DNA of 38,363 nt from Octopus bimaculoides (taxonomy: Eukaryota): NCBI RefSeq assembly GCF_001194135.2, contig NC_068981.1, forward strand, positions 59,229,228 to 59,267,590, written 5' to 3'. Below the pieces are notes generated by a model, which was given only the letters and a program-made list of their open reading frames with translations, did no database searches and was not told the origin of the DNA. The translations under genes were made by a program, and so were the position numbers. This document shows positions 36,702 to 38,363 of this stretch, in pieces. Each line of letters opens with the position of its first letter. Within the stretch, counting starts at the first letter, position 1.

Positions 36702-37013
36702 AGCGCGAAGCTTGGTAGTTAGGGGTGTCCATTTCACGATTTTAAGGTCGTGATTTCGATTCCATTGTGTCCTTCAGCAAGACTCTTTATTTTACGGGGT
36801 CTGCAGTACATTCAGCTGATAAATATGCGCAAAGTATTTATTTCAAAGGACCAGTCTTGTCACATTCTGTGTCACGCTGAATCTCCCTGAGAACTACGTT
36901 AAGCATATGTATGTGAGCGGAGTGCTCAGCCACGTGTACGTTAATTTCACATGTAGGCTGTTCCGTTGATCGGATCAACTGGAATACTAGTCGTTATAAC
37001 CGACTGAGTGCCA
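36702..37013 (+). mobile_element. tRNA-derived SINE, family 3 (degenerate)
   Basis: AGCTTGGTAGTTAGG (A-box-like), GATTTCGATTCC (B-box-like), then TGTGTCCTTCAGCAAG and a tail resembling a recalled octopus repeat. Confidence 0.6.
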
Positions 37014-38184
37014 ATTTATTTTCATTAAAAATATTCTATTTCAGTCGATCAATCCCTTCAGTATATGATTCAATGGAAGTATACTCAAGGTATTAACACT
37101 TTCGCAAACACAATCTTCGAAAACTGTAAGAGTTCATTTCGAGCTTCTCTTACAGTATTTAGATACTAAATAGTAATATTTAGGAGTTATATGATATTTT
37201 GACACAGGCTATAAAAATATACGCAAATCTTAATGTATTTTTATTTGGTGTTATATTCTTTTATGTTCAGAATGTAAAAAGAAAGAAGACACTAATTTAA
37301 TTCTCCCCTCTGTAATAAATACTGCTGCAGTTATTATTTTTATGATCATGATGGATAAGTATGATCGGATTCAATATAACCGAATCCATCTACACTTAGG
37401 ATAATGATTAGCTATCAATGATAGACATTTGGAAAATATTTTATTGATGTGCATTTCTCATAAAATCACGTACGTTATATTTAATCTGAAGTTTCTTTAT
37501 GTTTGAAACTTCCTCATCTGTCACAAGAGGTTGAGATTGTTCTATGTGGGCTTGATTGAAATATCACCTGTTGATTCTTGTCTCAGGTCTTATTAATACA
37601 ACTGCCGTGTCACCTTGATCCCGACTAGTAATTCTGAATTTATTAGGGATATGACAGAAATTATTTCCATCCAGTTTGGTTTCTTTCTTTGTATGATAGT
37701 TACTGTGTTTTTAATAACCAACAGTTGCAGTGTTGTTGAACCAATATTAAAGAAAACAAGGCTGGCACTGTCAAGAGATCGGCAACGAAAATCAATACAG
37801 AGATTTATATTGTAGCGAACCGTAGCTTCATATCATCAAGTACTGTGGTCATTCCTTTTCATTTTAAAATTACTGTTAAAGTGAAGAAATTTCAAGTAAT
37901 AACACTTAAAATCCCCGAATGCAATGAAAAGCTTCATATATACCTGTTAATAAGCAACCACGTTTACCGCTAAGATCGGAATGCAAGCTGGAACGACATG
38001 ACATCTTACTGGTCAGGGAAACAAGTTTGAGTAACACCTCTAGTGCCTGAACAATTGAGGATATTCGAATCGAAGTCATAGAACAAGAAAATTTGAGAAA
38101 TTTTAGTATCTCAAGCGCAGGATGTAAATACGGTAGAATGTCGACTATAGAATCTTTAATGATTTAAATAAATAGTTAACTATA

Positions 38185-38185
<1 letters not shown>

Positions 38186-38266
<81 letters not shown>
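38186..38266. repeat. (TATC)n microsatellite
   Basis: Directly visible. Confidence 0.95.
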
Positions 38267-38363
38267 ATGGACAGAGGGTAGACGTGTCGGCTCCGTAAGT
38301 TTTGCCTTTTTCATGTTTTAAAAAGTTTGTTTGTAAAGTTTATTTTATATAGAAAGTTGTATA

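Noticed and set aside
1-38363. CRISPR array, operons, rRNA or true tRNA genes
   Set aside because: No spacer-separated direct repeats are present; the A/B-box sequences belong to SINE heads and do not form cloverleaves; the DNA is eukaryotic.

Overview
AT-rich, microsatellite-dense eukaryotic DNA, most likely a draft octopus/coleoid cephalopod assembly (inferred from recalled SINE families and repeat content). It has two 468-N gaps and one 10-N gap. There is no prokaryotic gene organisation, rRNA, tRNA gene or CRISPR array, and most ORF-track entries are microsatellite or gap artefacts. The window is dominated by decayed mobile elements: about ten fragments of R4/Dong-clade non-LTR retrotransposons (RT, CCHC knuckle, restriction-like endonuclease) with at least three distinct 3' UTR types, all ending in (AAT)n-type tails; two RTE-like LINE remnants; three tRNA-derived SINE families; a Helentron-type non-autonomous element enclosing a Gypsy integrase fragment; and a foldback MITE nested in a SINE tail. 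The most interesting structures are: (1) head-to-tail stacks of R4/Dong elements joined through their own trinucleotide tails (1-1500 and 30640-35015); (2) a 5' inversion with twin-priming geometry in an RLE-type element (105-1150); (3) an internally deleted R4/Dong derivative that appears to keep both ends (31673-32990). A few minus-strand exon candidates are listed with low confidence only.
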